A stretch of 60,331 nt of DNA from Candidatus Binatus sp. (GTDB lineage: Bacteria > Desulfobacterota > Binatia > Binatales > Binataceae), in NCBI GenBank assembly GCA_050010075.1, contig JBEKLS010000003.1, forward strand, positions 1 to 60,331, written 5' to 3'. A program made the position numbers and the translations under genes. The notes under the pieces are model-generated. The model saw nothing but the letters and a program-made list of their open reading frames with translations, had not been told where the DNA came from and made no database searches. This document shows, in pieces, positions 34,090-44,334 of this stretch (positions are counted from its first letter, which is position 1; every line of letters begins with the position of its first letter).

Positions 34090-35172
34090 CTATGGCCGAA
34101 CTTCATAGTAGGCGTTGATCGGGTTATCGAAGTCTTTGGTGGCGAAGCGCGTGAACCCGGCCTCCGCCGTCATTCTGCGCGCGACGGGTTCAGGAAATCC
34201 GAGCGTGCCCAATCCGAGGCCGCCGGGCTCCGAAAGAGCTGACGACATGCAGCAAATCACTGAGAAGCCATACATTAGCGGAGCCAGGGGATTCTGCTTC
34301 AGGTTTTCCTCGAAAGTCGGCATCCCGTGAACGTCAGCGATAAGCCACGTTCCGTCGGATTTGATGGCTTTACGAATGACCTGCATCACGAGGTCGGGCC
34401 GTGTCATGTCGTGAAGGCAATCGAAGGTTGTGATGAAATCGTAACTGGCATCACCAGGCAGAGGATCGACGGCCACGTCGTGCAGATGCACGTTCTTTAC
34501 TCCGGCCTTGCGTGCGTTTTCTTCTGCGCGCTGGAGGGGCAGCTTGGCGATATCGTAGCCGTGAAACTCCGACCGCGGGTAAGCCTTTGCCATCTCGATT
34601 ATTGCAACGCCCGCACCGCATCCGACATCCGCCGCTTTGGCGCCCGCCAGCAACTTTGCGACGACGCCATCAAGCCTCGGCAGGGCGTTTGGTACAAGCT
34701 GCGTCCGAAACCACGGGGCGAGCAGTCGTTCGACGCCGACATTCACTTCCGAACCAAACTGGTCATAAGACAGGCCAAGTCCGCTTTTGAATGACCGCGG
34801 CAGTTCGTTCAACAGCGCCATCTGCTGCGGGAATGCGCAAAAACCGCCGGCAAGAAAAAAGGGACTGTTTTCGTCGGCCAGCACCAGGGCACCTTCGGGG
34901 CTGAGCTCAAAGCGTGACTCACCCCGGTAGTCTAATACGTTCGCGGCTGCCTGCTGATAGAGCCACTCGCGAACCCAGCGTTCATTGAGGCCGGTCTTGC
35001 GCGCGAGTTCTTCGCTAGTGAGGGGACCGGCACCATTCAGCGCCCGATAGAGACCCATGCGTTCGCCAAGATGGATCATGCCCGAGACCAGCGCTCCCGC
35101 GAGATGGCCGAAGACGTCCTGCGCGAATTTTTGCGTTTTCTCGACATCGATCTGATGATTGTTGTCAGACAT
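34090..35172 (-). CDS. class I SAM-dependent methyltransferase with N-terminal winged-helix-like domain
   Basis: ATG at 35172 preceded by GGAGG (the ORF-track start 35190 is GTG). DVGCGAGVAIIEMA motif I. FDFITTFDCLHDM. Confidence 0.85.
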   Translation of the reverse strand: MSDNNHQIDVEKTQKFAQDVFGHLAGALVSGMIHLGERMGLYRALNGAGPLTSEELARKTGLNERWVREWLYQQAAANVLDYRGESRFELSPEGALVLADENSPFFLAGGFCAFPQQMALLNELPRSFKSGLGLSYDQFGSEVNVGVERLLAPWFRTQLVPNALPRLDGVVAKLLAGAKAADVGCGAGVAIIEMAKAYPRSEFHGYDIAKLPLQRAEENARKAGVKNVHLHDVAVDPLPGDASYDFITTFDCLHDMTRPDLVMQVIRKAIKSDGTWLIADVHGMPTFEENLKQNPLAPLMYGFSVICCMSSALSEPGGLGLGTLGFPEPVARRMTAEAGFTRFATKDFDNPINAYYEVRP

Positions 35173-35332
35173 AACGAAACCTCCCCACACGCGAAATCCT
35201 CGCGGCTGCTTTATGCGATATCACTCTCGACAAATCTTGCAATATGCCAGCTTCTGACGAGCAGGATGCAAATGCTGTAGCCGCCACCACTTGTGCTATA
35301 GAAGGTTTGCGAAAAGCCATAGGGGTCGAATC

Positions 35333-36217
35333 ATGGACATAGGAATAATGATCGCGGCGACCGCGGAATCGGGCGATATCGCGGAGATCGCGCGCGAAGT
35401 CGAGAATCTAGGCTACGAGTCGTTCTTCATTCCCGAGCATCCCGTCATTCCGATCGGCTTCAAGACCCCGCTGCCGGGCGGCGGCGCAGGCACACTGCCC
35501 GAGCATTACGGGCGCTGGATGGATCCGTTCGTCGCGCTGAGCGTGGCCGCGGCAGTTACGCGCCGCGTCAAGCTGGGCACCGGAATCTGCCTATTGCCGG
35601 AGCGCGAACCAATCATCGCCGCGAAGACCATCGCCACGCTCGACGTCGTGTCGGCCGGCCGCGTCATCCTTGGAGTTGGCGCAGGATGGCTCCGGGAAGA
35701 GACGGAAGCGTTGGGGACGCGGTTTGTAACGCGATGGAAGCGATTGCGCGAAACCGTCGAGGCGATCCGGCTGCTCTGGACTCAGCCGGAGCCCAGCTAC
35801 GAGGGCGAGTTGGTAAAGTTTCCCGCCGTCCGATGCGATCCGAAGCCGATCCAGAAGCCCGGGCCTCCTATTCTGCTCGGCGCGCGCGGACCCAAGGCGA
35901 TCGAACGGGTCGTGCGCACTTACGACGGATGGGTGCCGATCGCGGGCAAGCCGCACAGTTTCAAACGTGACGTCGACGAGCTCAGGAAAGTTGCGACGGA
36001 GCGCGGGCGCAATTCGGAGACGCTCAATATCAGCGCCTTTGTCGCACCGGCGGAGGACGGGATTTCACTGGAAGATCTGAAGTTGTACCAGGAAGCCGGC
36101 GCGCATCGGCTGGTACTGTTCTCGCAGGGCGATGCGATCGAGATGGCAGCAGGAAAGACCCTCGAGATCGTGCGCCGGCTCGCGCCAACGGTCGAGCGCA
36201 ACGCGAAAGTTAGATAG
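35333..36217 (+). CDS. LLM-class (luciferase-like) F420-dependent oxidoreductase family protein
   Basis: ATG at 35333. GYESFFIPEHP..., GRVILGVGAGWLREE, typical of the TIGR03619-like LLM group. Confidence 0.85.
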   Translation: MDIGIMIAATAESGDIAEIAREVENLGYESFFIPEHPVIPIGFKTPLPGGGAGTLPEHYGRWMDPFVALSVAAAVTRRVKLGTGICLLPEREPIIAAKTIATLDVVSAGRVILGVGAGWLREETEALGTRFVTRWKRLRETVEAIRLLWTQPEPSYEGELVKFPAVRCDPKPIQKPGPPILLGARGPKAIERVVRTYDGWVPIAGKPHSFKRDVDELRKVATERGRNSETLNISAFVAPAEDGISLEDLKLYQEAGAHRLVLFSQGDAIEMAAGKTLEIVRRLAPTVERNAKVR

Positions 36218-36270
36218 AGCCATCGATCGTAATCGCGGTTGGACGACACAGCCTAAGCATGGCGAAAAAC

Positions 36271-38706
36271 TCAGGTGCGCCAGATTTTTTCGTGGTATTC
36301 GCGGATGGCGCGGTCTGATGAGAATTTGCCGAGGCGCGCGATGTTCAGGATCGACATCGTTGCCCACCTTCGCTCATCCTTGAAGGCTTCTGACACGCGG
36401 CCCTGGCACTCGACGTATGACTGATAGTCCGCCAGCACCAGGAAGGGATCGTGGTTCAGGAGCGAATCGACCATCGGGCGGAACATTTCCCGGTCGCCGC
36501 GCGAGAAGGCGCCGCCGCCGATAGCATCGATGACCTCGTGCAACTCCGGATTGTGATTGTAGAACTCGCGCGGCCGATAACCTTCGGCCTGGATCGCGAA
36601 TACTTGCGGCGCGGTCAGGCCAAACAGGAAGAAGTTCTCCTGCCCAACTTCTTCGAGAATCTCGACGTTGGCGCCGTCGAGTGTGCCGATCGTCAACGCG
36701 CCGTTCATCGCAAACTTCATGTTGCCGGTGCCCGAGGCTTCCTTGCCGGCGGTTGAAATTTGCTCCGAGAGATTGGCGGCGGGATAGATGATCTGGCCGA
36801 CCTTTACGTTGAAGTCCGGGATGAAGACAACCTTGAGCCGGCCGGCCACGTCGTGATCGGCGTTCACCACTTCCGCCACGGAATTGATCAGCTTGATGAT
36901 GAGCTTGGCCATCGCATAGCCGGGCGCCGCCTTGCCGCCGAAAACGAAAGTACGCGGCGTTATGTTCATGCCGGGATCGCGCTTGAGCTGATGGTAGAGC
37001 TTGATGATGTGCAGGACGTTGAGATGCTGGCGTTTGTATTCGTGAATGCGCTTGGCCTGAACGTCGAACAGCGACTCGGGATCAATCTTTACGCCGGTGC
37101 GCTGCTCGGCCACCTGAGCCAAGGCGCGCCCGTTTGCAAACTTGATTAAGCGCAACTCCTCCTGAACCTCGGTATCACCCGCAAAGCTCGCGAACCTGGA
37201 CAGTTCAGTTTCGAGATTGGACAGCCAGCCGTCGCCTATCTTGCGCGTGATCAGATCCGCAAGCGCCGGATTACTGACCGCAATCCAGCGCCTTGGCGTC
37301 ACCCCGTTCGTAACGTTGGTAAATTTCTCGGGATAGAGTTCCGCAAAATCGCGCATCACGTCGCGCTTGAGCAACTCCGAATGCAGCTCGGCGACACCGT
37401 TGACCTTGCGGCTGGCGATAGTGGCGAGATGGGCCATCCTGACATACCGCTCTCCTGCCTCGTCGATGATCGACAGCCTGGCGATCCGTTCTTTTTCTTC
37501 CGGATGCTGCTCGCGCACTTCATTCAGAAACCGCGCATTGATCTCGTAAATTATCTGCAGGTGACGCGGCAACAGTTCCTCGAACAGCCGCACTGCCCAC
37601 TTCTCCAGCGCTTCAGGCAGGAGCGTATGGTTGGTGTAAGCGAACGTGTGGCGCGTGATCTCCCATGCCTCCTGCCAGCCAAGTTCATATTGATCGAGCA
37701 GCAGGCGCATCAGTTCCGCCACTGCAATCGAGGGGTGGGTGTCGTTCAGCTGAATCGTCCAGTAACGGTGAAACTGGGTTATAGGACGGCGGCGCAGCCG
37801 ATGCAGCCTCAGCATGTCCTGCAGCGAGCAGGAGGCGAAAAAATACTGCTGCTCGAGGCGAAGCCTTTTGCCGCCCAGCTGTTCGTCGTTGGGATACAGG
37901 ACCTTGGTGATGTTCTCGGAGGCGACCTTCTCCTCGACCGCGCCGTAGTAGTCGCCGCTGTTGAAGGCCTGGAAGTCGAACGATTCGTGCGCTTCAGCTC
38001 TCCACAAGCGCAGCAGGTTTACCCATGGCACCTGGTAGCCGAGGATCGGCGTATCGTGCGCGACGCCTCGGATGACGCGATCGGGAATCCATTTGGCGCG
38101 CGTCATCCCCGACTCGCCAGCGCCGGTCTCGACCCGGCCGCCGAAGCCGACGTCGTGAAAGTTTTGCGGCCTCACTATTTCCCACGGATTGCCGCGGCGC
38201 AGCCATTCGTCGGTCTTCTCCACTTGCCATCCGTCACGAATCTCCTGGCGGAAGATGCCGAACTCGTAACGAATGCCGTAGCCGATAGCCGGCATTTTCA
38301 GAGTCGCCAGCGAATCCATGTAGCAGGCAGCCAGGCGGCCCAAGCCACCATTGCCCAGCCCCGGCTCCTGTTCCTGCCAGATCAGATCCTGAAGATTCTG
38401 CCCGAGCTCTGAAACTGCGCGCTCAACCTGCGGATAAATACCCAGTCCGATAATGTTGTTGTGCAGATGCGGCCCAAGCAGGAACTCGGCCGATAGATAG
38501 GCGACGACTCGCTCATAGTCTGACGAGCGAACATCGGTTCCACTGTACCAGTTGCGCACCAGCAAGCCCCGCACCGCCATGGCCAATGCCGTGTACCAGT
38601 CGTTCGGGGTGGCATGCTGTGGCTGCCGCGCCAACGTGAGTTCGAGGTTTTCCAGAATCCGCTGCTTGATCGTCGCAACCGAGATGTCACTTGCTGATGG
38701 AAGCAT
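36271..38706 (-). CDS. glgP: glycogen/alpha-glucan phosphorylase, copy 1
   Basis: 811 aa. EPGLGNGGLGRLAAC. PLP-lysine region EQISTAGKEASGTGNMKFAMNGALTIGTLDGANVEI. Confidence 0.95.
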   Translation of the reverse strand: MLPSASDISVATIKQRILENLELTLARQPQHATPNDWYTALAMAVRGLLVRNWYSGTDVRSSDYERVVAYLSAEFLLGPHLHNNIIGLGIYPQVERAVSELGQNLQDLIWQEQEPGLGNGGLGRLAACYMDSLATLKMPAIGYGIRYEFGIFRQEIRDGWQVEKTDEWLRRGNPWEIVRPQNFHDVGFGGRVETGAGESGMTRAKWIPDRVIRGVAHDTPILGYQVPWVNLLRLWRAEAHESFDFQAFNSGDYYGAVEEKVASENITKVLYPNDEQLGGKRLRLEQQYFFASCSLQDMLRLHRLRRRPITQFHRYWTIQLNDTHPSIAVAELMRLLLDQYELGWQEAWEITRHTFAYTNHTLLPEALEKWAVRLFEELLPRHLQIIYEINARFLNEVREQHPEEKERIARLSIIDEAGERYVRMAHLATIASRKVNGVAELHSELLKRDVMRDFAELYPEKFTNVTNGVTPRRWIAVSNPALADLITRKIGDGWLSNLETELSRFASFAGDTEVQEELRLIKFANGRALAQVAEQRTGVKIDPESLFDVQAKRIHEYKRQHLNVLHIIKLYHQLKRDPGMNITPRTFVFGGKAAPGYAMAKLIIKLINSVAEVVNADHDVAGRLKVVFIPDFNVKVGQIIYPAANLSEQISTAGKEASGTGNMKFAMNGALTIGTLDGANVEILEEVGQENFFLFGLTAPQVFAIQAEGYRPREFYNHNPELHEVIDAIGGGAFSRGDREMFRPMVDSLLNHDPFLVLADYQSYVECQGRVSEAFKDERRWATMSILNIARLGKFSSDRAIREYHEKIWRT

Positions 38707-38805
38707 GCACTCGCTCCGTTCCGCGATTTGAGCTGGTTAGTGAGGATGACGAAACATAAAAACTATCGCGAACGGCACTTCGAGGGTCGAGAAGCGCCGG
38801 TCGCA

Positions 38806-40236
38806 CTAGAAGTCGACGTCCCAAATCCCGGCAGATTGCTCCAGCGCAACCAGCGCCTTGGCCCGGCGGCTCAGCGCGTCGTAGTAATCAAGGTAGAGTT
38901 GGTTAAGGGCCTGGTGAGCGTCGAGCACTTCAACCAGCGACACCGAGCCTTTCTCCATCTTGAACAGACGCGACTTATAGGCTTGATCGGCGTCAAGGAA
39001 GAGTTCCGCGGCGAAATGCTGCACTGCGTTGACCGACAGCGCGTACTGATCGTAAGCGGTACGGACGTCGGCCTCCGCCTGAAGTTTGGCCGCCTGCAGA
39101 ATCGCTTCAGCCTGGCGCTGTTGATAGTAAGCGGTCTGCAAAGCGCCGGTATTGAGATCGGAGAGCGGGATAGGAATCGAAAGAGAAAACGCGGCGCCAT
39201 CCCAGGCCGGAGCAGGATCGATCGGATTGGTTATTCGCGTAAAGTGCTGATAGTTGCCGGAGAGCGTAAGGTTGGGAATGCGATTGGCTTGAGCGAGCCG
39301 ATAATTCGCGCGCGCGTTTTCCAGCACGTAGTCCGCTGCGGCGACATCTCCGCGCGAGTTTACCGCCCTGTCCACCAATTCCTGCAGCGAAAAAGTTCGC
39401 GGCGGGCGCTCGAGATTTCCCACGGGCTCAACCAGTCCGACGCTTCCGCTCAATCCTTCGAAGACGGCCATCCCGCCCAGCGTTTGATGCAACGCCGACT
39501 CGGCTTTGTATAGATCGTTCTCGGCTTCGAATTGACCGATCCTTGCCCGGATGACCTCGTCCTCGGAGACCTGCCCCTGCCGCAAGCGCTTGTTGTTCAT
39601 CTCGACCAGTTGTCGTGCGCGCACCACGGCCTTGAGCTGGCGGTGCAGTTTCAGGACTTCGATGACCCCGTCGATGAAGGAATCGGCGGCACGTCCTCGA
39701 AGCGCGCGCAGAAACTCGCCAACCTGGGCGTCGTTTGCCTGCAAGCTGGCGCTGGCAGCATCCTCGCGGGCGCCGATTTTGCCTCCTAACAGAACAGTTT
39801 GATTGAGTCCGCCCGCATAGGTCGTCACTTGGCGGTTGCCGGACAGATCGCCGCCGTAGCCCGCTTGAAAAGTCGGATCAGGATAAACGGAGGCGGCGGT
39901 CAACTGCGCCCTGGCAATCGGAATGTTGTAGCGCTCGGCCGCCAAAGCGAGATTCGCGCTTTGGACCTGATCCATGAATTGTCGAAAAGTGATCTGGCCG
40001 GTAAGCGGCAAGCCTGGAAGTTGCTCTACGGTTTCGATCGCGCTTGGGAAACCCGGGTTTGCTGAAGCTGCGGTAGCTGAGGTCTGAGGTGGAGATTGAT
40101 TCAACGCGATGGGATTGGTCATAGCGCCGATCGGGTTCAAAGTGTGGTTCGCGATCGGTGCGTTCTGCGCATGGACGGGCGTCGCAAGCGCGGCTGCGGC
40201 CAGTGCAACCAGCAAGACTGCTGCACGTCCAGCCAT
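38806..40236 (-). CDS. TolC-family outer membrane efflux protein (no adjacent pump genes)
   Basis: 476 aa. Signal peptide MAGRAAVLLVALAAAALATPVHA. Duplicated OEP-like repeats. Confidence 0.85.
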   Translation of the reverse strand: MAGRAAVLLVALAAAALATPVHAQNAPIANHTLNPIGAMTNPIALNQSPPQTSATAASANPGFPSAIETVEQLPGLPLTGQITFRQFMDQVQSANLALAAERYNIPIARAQLTAASVYPDPTFQAGYGGDLSGNRQVTTYAGGLNQTVLLGGKIGAREDAASASLQANDAQVGEFLRALRGRAADSFIDGVIEVLKLHRQLKAVVRARQLVEMNNKRLRQGQVSEDEVIRARIGQFEAENDLYKAESALHQTLGGMAVFEGLSGSVGLVEPVGNLERPPRTFSLQELVDRAVNSRGDVAAADYVLENARANYRLAQANRIPNLTLSGNYQHFTRITNPIDPAPAWDGAAFSLSIPIPLSDLNTGALQTAYYQQRQAEAILQAAKLQAEADVRTAYDQYALSVNAVQHFAAELFLDADQAYKSRLFKMEKGSVSLVEVLDAHQALNQLYLDYYDALSRRAKALVALEQSAGIWDVDF

Positions 40237-40431
40237 CAGAGCCTTCTCACCTCACGATTGTGTGGGTACGAGGATAGTTGGACCGCAAACTATTGCACTC
40301 GCGATCTTGCAAACAAAATCACAGCCGGATTGCACTCGTATTACCGAACCTCGGGCGACTTCAATTAGTAAGATCCATCAAAAATTGGTAGCGTCACGAA
40401 ATTACACACGACGCTTCAAAGGAGCAACAAC

Positions 40432-41169
40432 ATGATCGACGTGTACTTCTGGCCCACGCCAAACGGAAAAAAAGTTACCATTCTGCTCGAGGAAGCCGGC
40501 CTCCCCTACACCATCAAGGCGGTTAATATCGGACGCGGCGATCAGCTCACGGCCGATTTTCTGAAGATCGCACCCAACGGCCGGATGCCGGCGATTGTTG
40601 ATCACGAACCCAAGGGCGGCGGCGCGCCCGTCGCGATTTTCGAATCCGGCGCGATCATGGAATACCTGGCCGAGAAGAGCGGAAAGTTCTGGCCGCAGGA
40701 ACTGCATCAGAAATACGAAGTCTCGCAGTGGCTCTACTGGCAGATGGCCAACCAGGGTCCGAAGATGGGCGAGCAGGGACATTTTCGACGCGCCTCGCAG
40801 AATCCCAAGAGCGGCGATCAGGCTTATGCGCTGCTGCGCTTCGATAATGAGGTGCATCGAATCTTCGGAGTGATGAACCTGGGCCTGCATAAGAAGAGCT
40901 ACCTGGCTGCCGGCCAGTACACGATCGCCGATATGATTTGCTATCCATGGGCGGCCACCTGGAAGGGGCGCAATATCGAGCTCGACGAGTTTCCCAACGT
41001 CAAGCGCTGGCTGGATTTGATCGGCGAGCGGCCGGCGGTGAAGAAGGCGATGGCGGCCGGACCCGAGTATCGCGAAGACCCTGCCACCGTCACGGCCGAG
41101 GAGCAGGCGCGCCGCCACACGCTGCTAACCCATCAGCGGGCGCAAACGGTGCCGAAGGAGTGGGCATAG
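40432..41169 (+). CDS. yfcG: Nu-class glutathione S-transferase (YfcG-like)
   Basis: 245 aa. MIDVYFWPTPNGKKVTILLEEAGLPYTIKAVNIGRGDQ...NGRMPAIVDH...FESGAIMEYLAEK aligns closely by eye with E. coli YfcG. AAAGGAG upstream. Confidence 0.85.
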   Translation: MIDVYFWPTPNGKKVTILLEEAGLPYTIKAVNIGRGDQLTADFLKIAPNGRMPAIVDHEPKGGGAPVAIFESGAIMEYLAEKSGKFWPQELHQKYEVSQWLYWQMANQGPKMGEQGHFRRASQNPKSGDQAYALLRFDNEVHRIFGVMNLGLHKKSYLAAGQYTIADMICYPWAATWKGRNIELDEFPNVKRWLDLIGERPAVKKAMAAGPEYREDPATVTAEEQARRHTLLTHQRAQTVPKEWA

Positions 41170-41182
41170 CGCAAAGGCTGCG

Positions 41183-41560
41183 CTATTCGATGTCCTTTTG
41201 CGGGATCTGCTTCGGCTCCTGTTTCGGGTGGTTCGGCTCCTGTTTCGGTTCCTGCTTCTTGGCGAGGTACTTCTGAAACTTGTCCATCGCCTTGTCCCGC
41301 ATCTTATGGAAGAAAGAAGGCTTCTTCCTTTTGGCTTGAGGATGCGCGTGAGCACCCTTGTGATGAGTCGCGGTGTTTCCGGTTTCATTGGGTTGGCCCG
41401 TCTCACCGCTGGAAGGAGCGTTCGCGGCTGCACCGCTGGCTGAGGGAATTTCCGCTGAATTCGCCTGCGCCCGCGCCGGCCGGTCAGGCGCCAGCATCAG
41501 CAGTGTGACCACAATCCCGACGGATGCGATTCGGATCGGCGCGCAAGATTCTGCCTTCAT
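41183..41560 (-). CDS. small secreted protein with K/Q/E/P-rich repetitive C-terminus
   Basis: The ATG at 41560 gives MKAESCAPIRIASVGIVVTLLMLAPDRPARAQA (signal peptide; the 41587 start is TTG). His/Lys-rich middle. C-terminal KKQEPKQEPNHPKQEPKQIPQK is encoded by a CGGCTCCTGTTTCGG DNA repeat. Confidence 0.55.
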   Translation of the reverse strand: MKAESCAPIRIASVGIVVTLLMLAPDRPARAQANSAEIPSASGAAANAPSSGETGQPNETGNTATHHKGAHAHPQAKRKKPSFFHKMRDKAMDKFQKYLAKKQEPKQEPNHPKQEPKQIPQKDIE

Positions 41561-41610
41561 AGATGAAAGTACGTTAAGATTCGTCAAACGGTTACCGCAT
41601 CGACGCGCAT

Positions 41611-41874
41611 ATGAAGTCCGAAATCCAGCGAAGACTGTCGTTCACCTTGTCCGCTGCTGAGCATGCGCAAGTCCTTCGGCTGCGCCGACTGCTCAACGCC
41701 CCGTCCAACGCCGAAGTAATTCGCCGGTCGCTCAGGCTGTTGGAAGAATCCATCTTGAGAGAGGAACTTCGCCGGCAGTTCCGCGAAGCTTCAGTACGCG
41801 TCAGGACTTCAACGCTCGAGACGATGAAAGAATTAGATCCGCTCGAGACCGGAACCGGTCCAAATCATCACTGA
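41611..41874 (+). CDS. ribbon-helix-helix (CopG/antitoxin-like) protein, orphan
   Basis: 87 aa. RLSFTLSAAEHAQVLRLRRLLNAPSNAEVIRRSLRLLEE fits strand-helix-helix of RHH DNA-binding domains. No toxin-like partner is adjacent. Confidence 0.5.
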   Translation: MKSEIQRRLSFTLSAAEHAQVLRLRRLLNAPSNAEVIRRSLRLLEESILREELRRQFREASVRVRTSTLETMKELDPLETGTGPNHH

Positions 41875-41886
41875 GCGTGGATCAAT

Positions 41887-44334
41887 TCACGATCTGCCGA
41901 GGTGCCATATTTCGCGGGCGTATTCTGTTACTGCGCGGTCGCTCGAGAATGAACCAATTCGCGCCACATTGAGTATAGCCTTTCGCGTCCAGACTTCCGG
42001 ATGTTGATACTCAGTGAGTATCTTCGACTGGATATCCACATATGATCCGAAATCCGCCATCAGGAAGTAGTCATCGCGATTGACCAGCACGTCGCGCACC
42101 CATCTGAACAGTCCGGGCTCGCCCGGACAAAATCGATCTGACGCCAGCTCGTCGAGCACCCGCTTCAGCCGCGGGTCGGACTCGTAGTAGTCGCGCGGGT
42201 GGTACGCACCCTTCAACGTCAGGTCCTCGATCTTCTCGGCAGTCAGGCCGAAAATGAAAATGTTCTCCGCGCCGACCGCCGCCTGAATCTCGATATTGGC
42301 GCCGTCGAGAGTCCCCACCGTCAGCGCGCCGTTCATCGCGAACTTCATGTTGCCGGTGCCCGACGCTTCGCGGCCGGCGGTCGAAATCTGCTCGGAGACG
42401 TCGGCCGCCGGAATGATTTTTTCTGCGAGCGAGACCCGGTAGTCCGGCAGGAAGGCAACCTTGATTAGTTCGCGGGTCTTGGGATCGTTGTTGATCACGT
42501 CGCCGAGGCTGTTGATCAACTTGATGATCATTTTCGCCGCCCAGTAGCCGGGCGCCGCCTTGCCCGCGAGCAGATACGATCGCGGTACCGCCGGCTCCAC
42601 GCCGTCGTCCACCAGCTCGAGGTACTCATGCACGATCCCCAACGCCATCAGCAGCTGGCGCTTATATTCGTGGATGCGCTTGGCCTGTATGTCGAACACC
42701 GCGGCGGGATCGATGTCCACGGCTGCAATCCGATTCACAATTCTGGCCAGTCGCTCCTTATTGGCCCGTTTGATAGCCCGGAAGCGGCGCTGAAACTCGG
42801 CGTCGTCCGCGAATTTCTCGATCGCGCTCAACTGCGCGAGGTCGGTCTCCCAACCCGTGCCGATCGTGGCGTCGAGCAGATTCGCCAGCCCCGGGTTCGC
42901 CATCAGCAGCCATCGCCGCTGCGTCACGCCGTTGGTCTTGTTGCTGAACTTCTCGGGCCACAGTTCATAGAACTCAGGCACCAGCCGGGTCTTGACCAGT
43001 TCCGAATGCAGGGCCGACACGCCGTTTACCGAATGGCTGCCGACGATCGCCAGATGCGCCATGCGGACCTGGCTCTCGTAACCCTCCTGGATGATCGAGA
43101 CGCGCTTGAGCCGTTCGGAATCGTCGGGCCATACCTCGCGAGCATCCGCCATGAACCGGCGATTGATCTCGTAGATGATCTGCAGATGGCGCGGCACGAC
43201 TCGCTCGAGCAGGCTCACCGGCCACTTTTCGAGCGCCTCGGGAAGCAAGGTGTGATTAGTATATGCGACCGTGCCGCGCGTTATCTCCCACGCCTCCGGC
43301 CACTCGAGGTCGTACTCGTCGATGAAGACGCGCATCAACTCCGCAATAGTCAGTGTGGGATGAGTATCGTTTAGTTGAATAGCTACTTGCGATGAAAAAT
43401 CATTGAAGTCTTCACCCCGCGCGACGAATCCCTGCACTATGTCGTGCACCGCGCAGGCCACGAAGAAATATTCCTGCAGCAGCCGGAGCTCGCGGCCCGC
43501 GGCGACCGCGTCGGACGGGTACAGCACTTTCGAGATAGTCTCGGACAGCATCTTCTGCTCGACGGCCTTCATGTAGTCGCCGGCGTTGAAGATCTGCATG
43601 TCGAATTCGTCCGACGCTCCCGCCGAATACAAGCGGACAAAGTTCACTGTGCGCCCGCCGAAGCCAGCAATAGGCAGGTCGTACGGCACGCCGACCAGCA
43701 CGCGCCAATCCACCCAGATGGGGTTGTATTCGCCTTTCTTGTCGATGCGGTGTTCGATTCGCCCGTAAACCGGAATCCGGCACGACTGCTCGGGGCGCGG
43801 CACCAGCCACGGCGAGACCTCGCGCTGCCATGCGTCGGGCCGCTCGACCTGGTAGCCGCCGCGAATCTCCTGGCGGAACAGTCCGTACTCGTAGTTGATG
43901 CCATACGCATAGCCGGGCAAATCGAGCGTCGCCAGTGAATCGAGGAAGCACGCCGCCAGCCGGCCCAGGCCGCCGTTGCCTAGCGCCGCGTCGGGCTCCT
44001 CGTCGAACAGGGTTTGCAGATCGATTCCGTTCTCAGCCAGGAAATCGCGGCAGGTGTCGATGATACCGAGGTTGAACAGATTGTTCTCGAGCGATCGGCC
44101 GATGAGAAATTCAAGCGACAGGTAGTAGAGCTTTTTCGAATTGCTGCGATCGAAACGCAGGCGCGTCGCCAGCATCTTTTCGACCAGCATGTCGCGCACC
44201 ACCAGCGCCGTCGCCCGGTACCAGTCATGCTTCGACAGATCGATCCGCACCTTGGCCAGCGAGAACCGGATATGGTGATCGATAAGCTTGTTGAACAGGT
44301 TGCGATTGACTTCGGAGAGTGGAGGAACAGCCAT
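41887..44334 (-). CDS. glgP: glycogen/alpha-glucan phosphorylase, copy 2
   Basis: 815 aa. EPDAALGNGGLGRLAAC. EQISTAGREASGTGNMKFAMNGALTVGTLDGANIEI. Confidence 0.95.
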   Translation of the reverse strand: MAVPPLSEVNRNLFNKLIDHHIRFSLAKVRIDLSKHDWYRATALVVRDMLVEKMLATRLRFDRSNSKKLYYLSLEFLIGRSLENNLFNLGIIDTCRDFLAENGIDLQTLFDEEPDAALGNGGLGRLAACFLDSLATLDLPGYAYGINYEYGLFRQEIRGGYQVERPDAWQREVSPWLVPRPEQSCRIPVYGRIEHRIDKKGEYNPIWVDWRVLVGVPYDLPIAGFGGRTVNFVRLYSAGASDEFDMQIFNAGDYMKAVEQKMLSETISKVLYPSDAVAAGRELRLLQEYFFVACAVHDIVQGFVARGEDFNDFSSQVAIQLNDTHPTLTIAELMRVFIDEYDLEWPEAWEITRGTVAYTNHTLLPEALEKWPVSLLERVVPRHLQIIYEINRRFMADAREVWPDDSERLKRVSIIQEGYESQVRMAHLAIVGSHSVNGVSALHSELVKTRLVPEFYELWPEKFSNKTNGVTQRRWLLMANPGLANLLDATIGTGWETDLAQLSAIEKFADDAEFQRRFRAIKRANKERLARIVNRIAAVDIDPAAVFDIQAKRIHEYKRQLLMALGIVHEYLELVDDGVEPAVPRSYLLAGKAAPGYWAAKMIIKLINSLGDVINNDPKTRELIKVAFLPDYRVSLAEKIIPAADVSEQISTAGREASGTGNMKFAMNGALTVGTLDGANIEIQAAVGAENIFIFGLTAEKIEDLTLKGAYHPRDYYESDPRLKRVLDELASDRFCPGEPGLFRWVRDVLVNRDDYFLMADFGSYVDIQSKILTEYQHPEVWTRKAILNVARIGSFSSDRAVTEYAREIWHLGRS

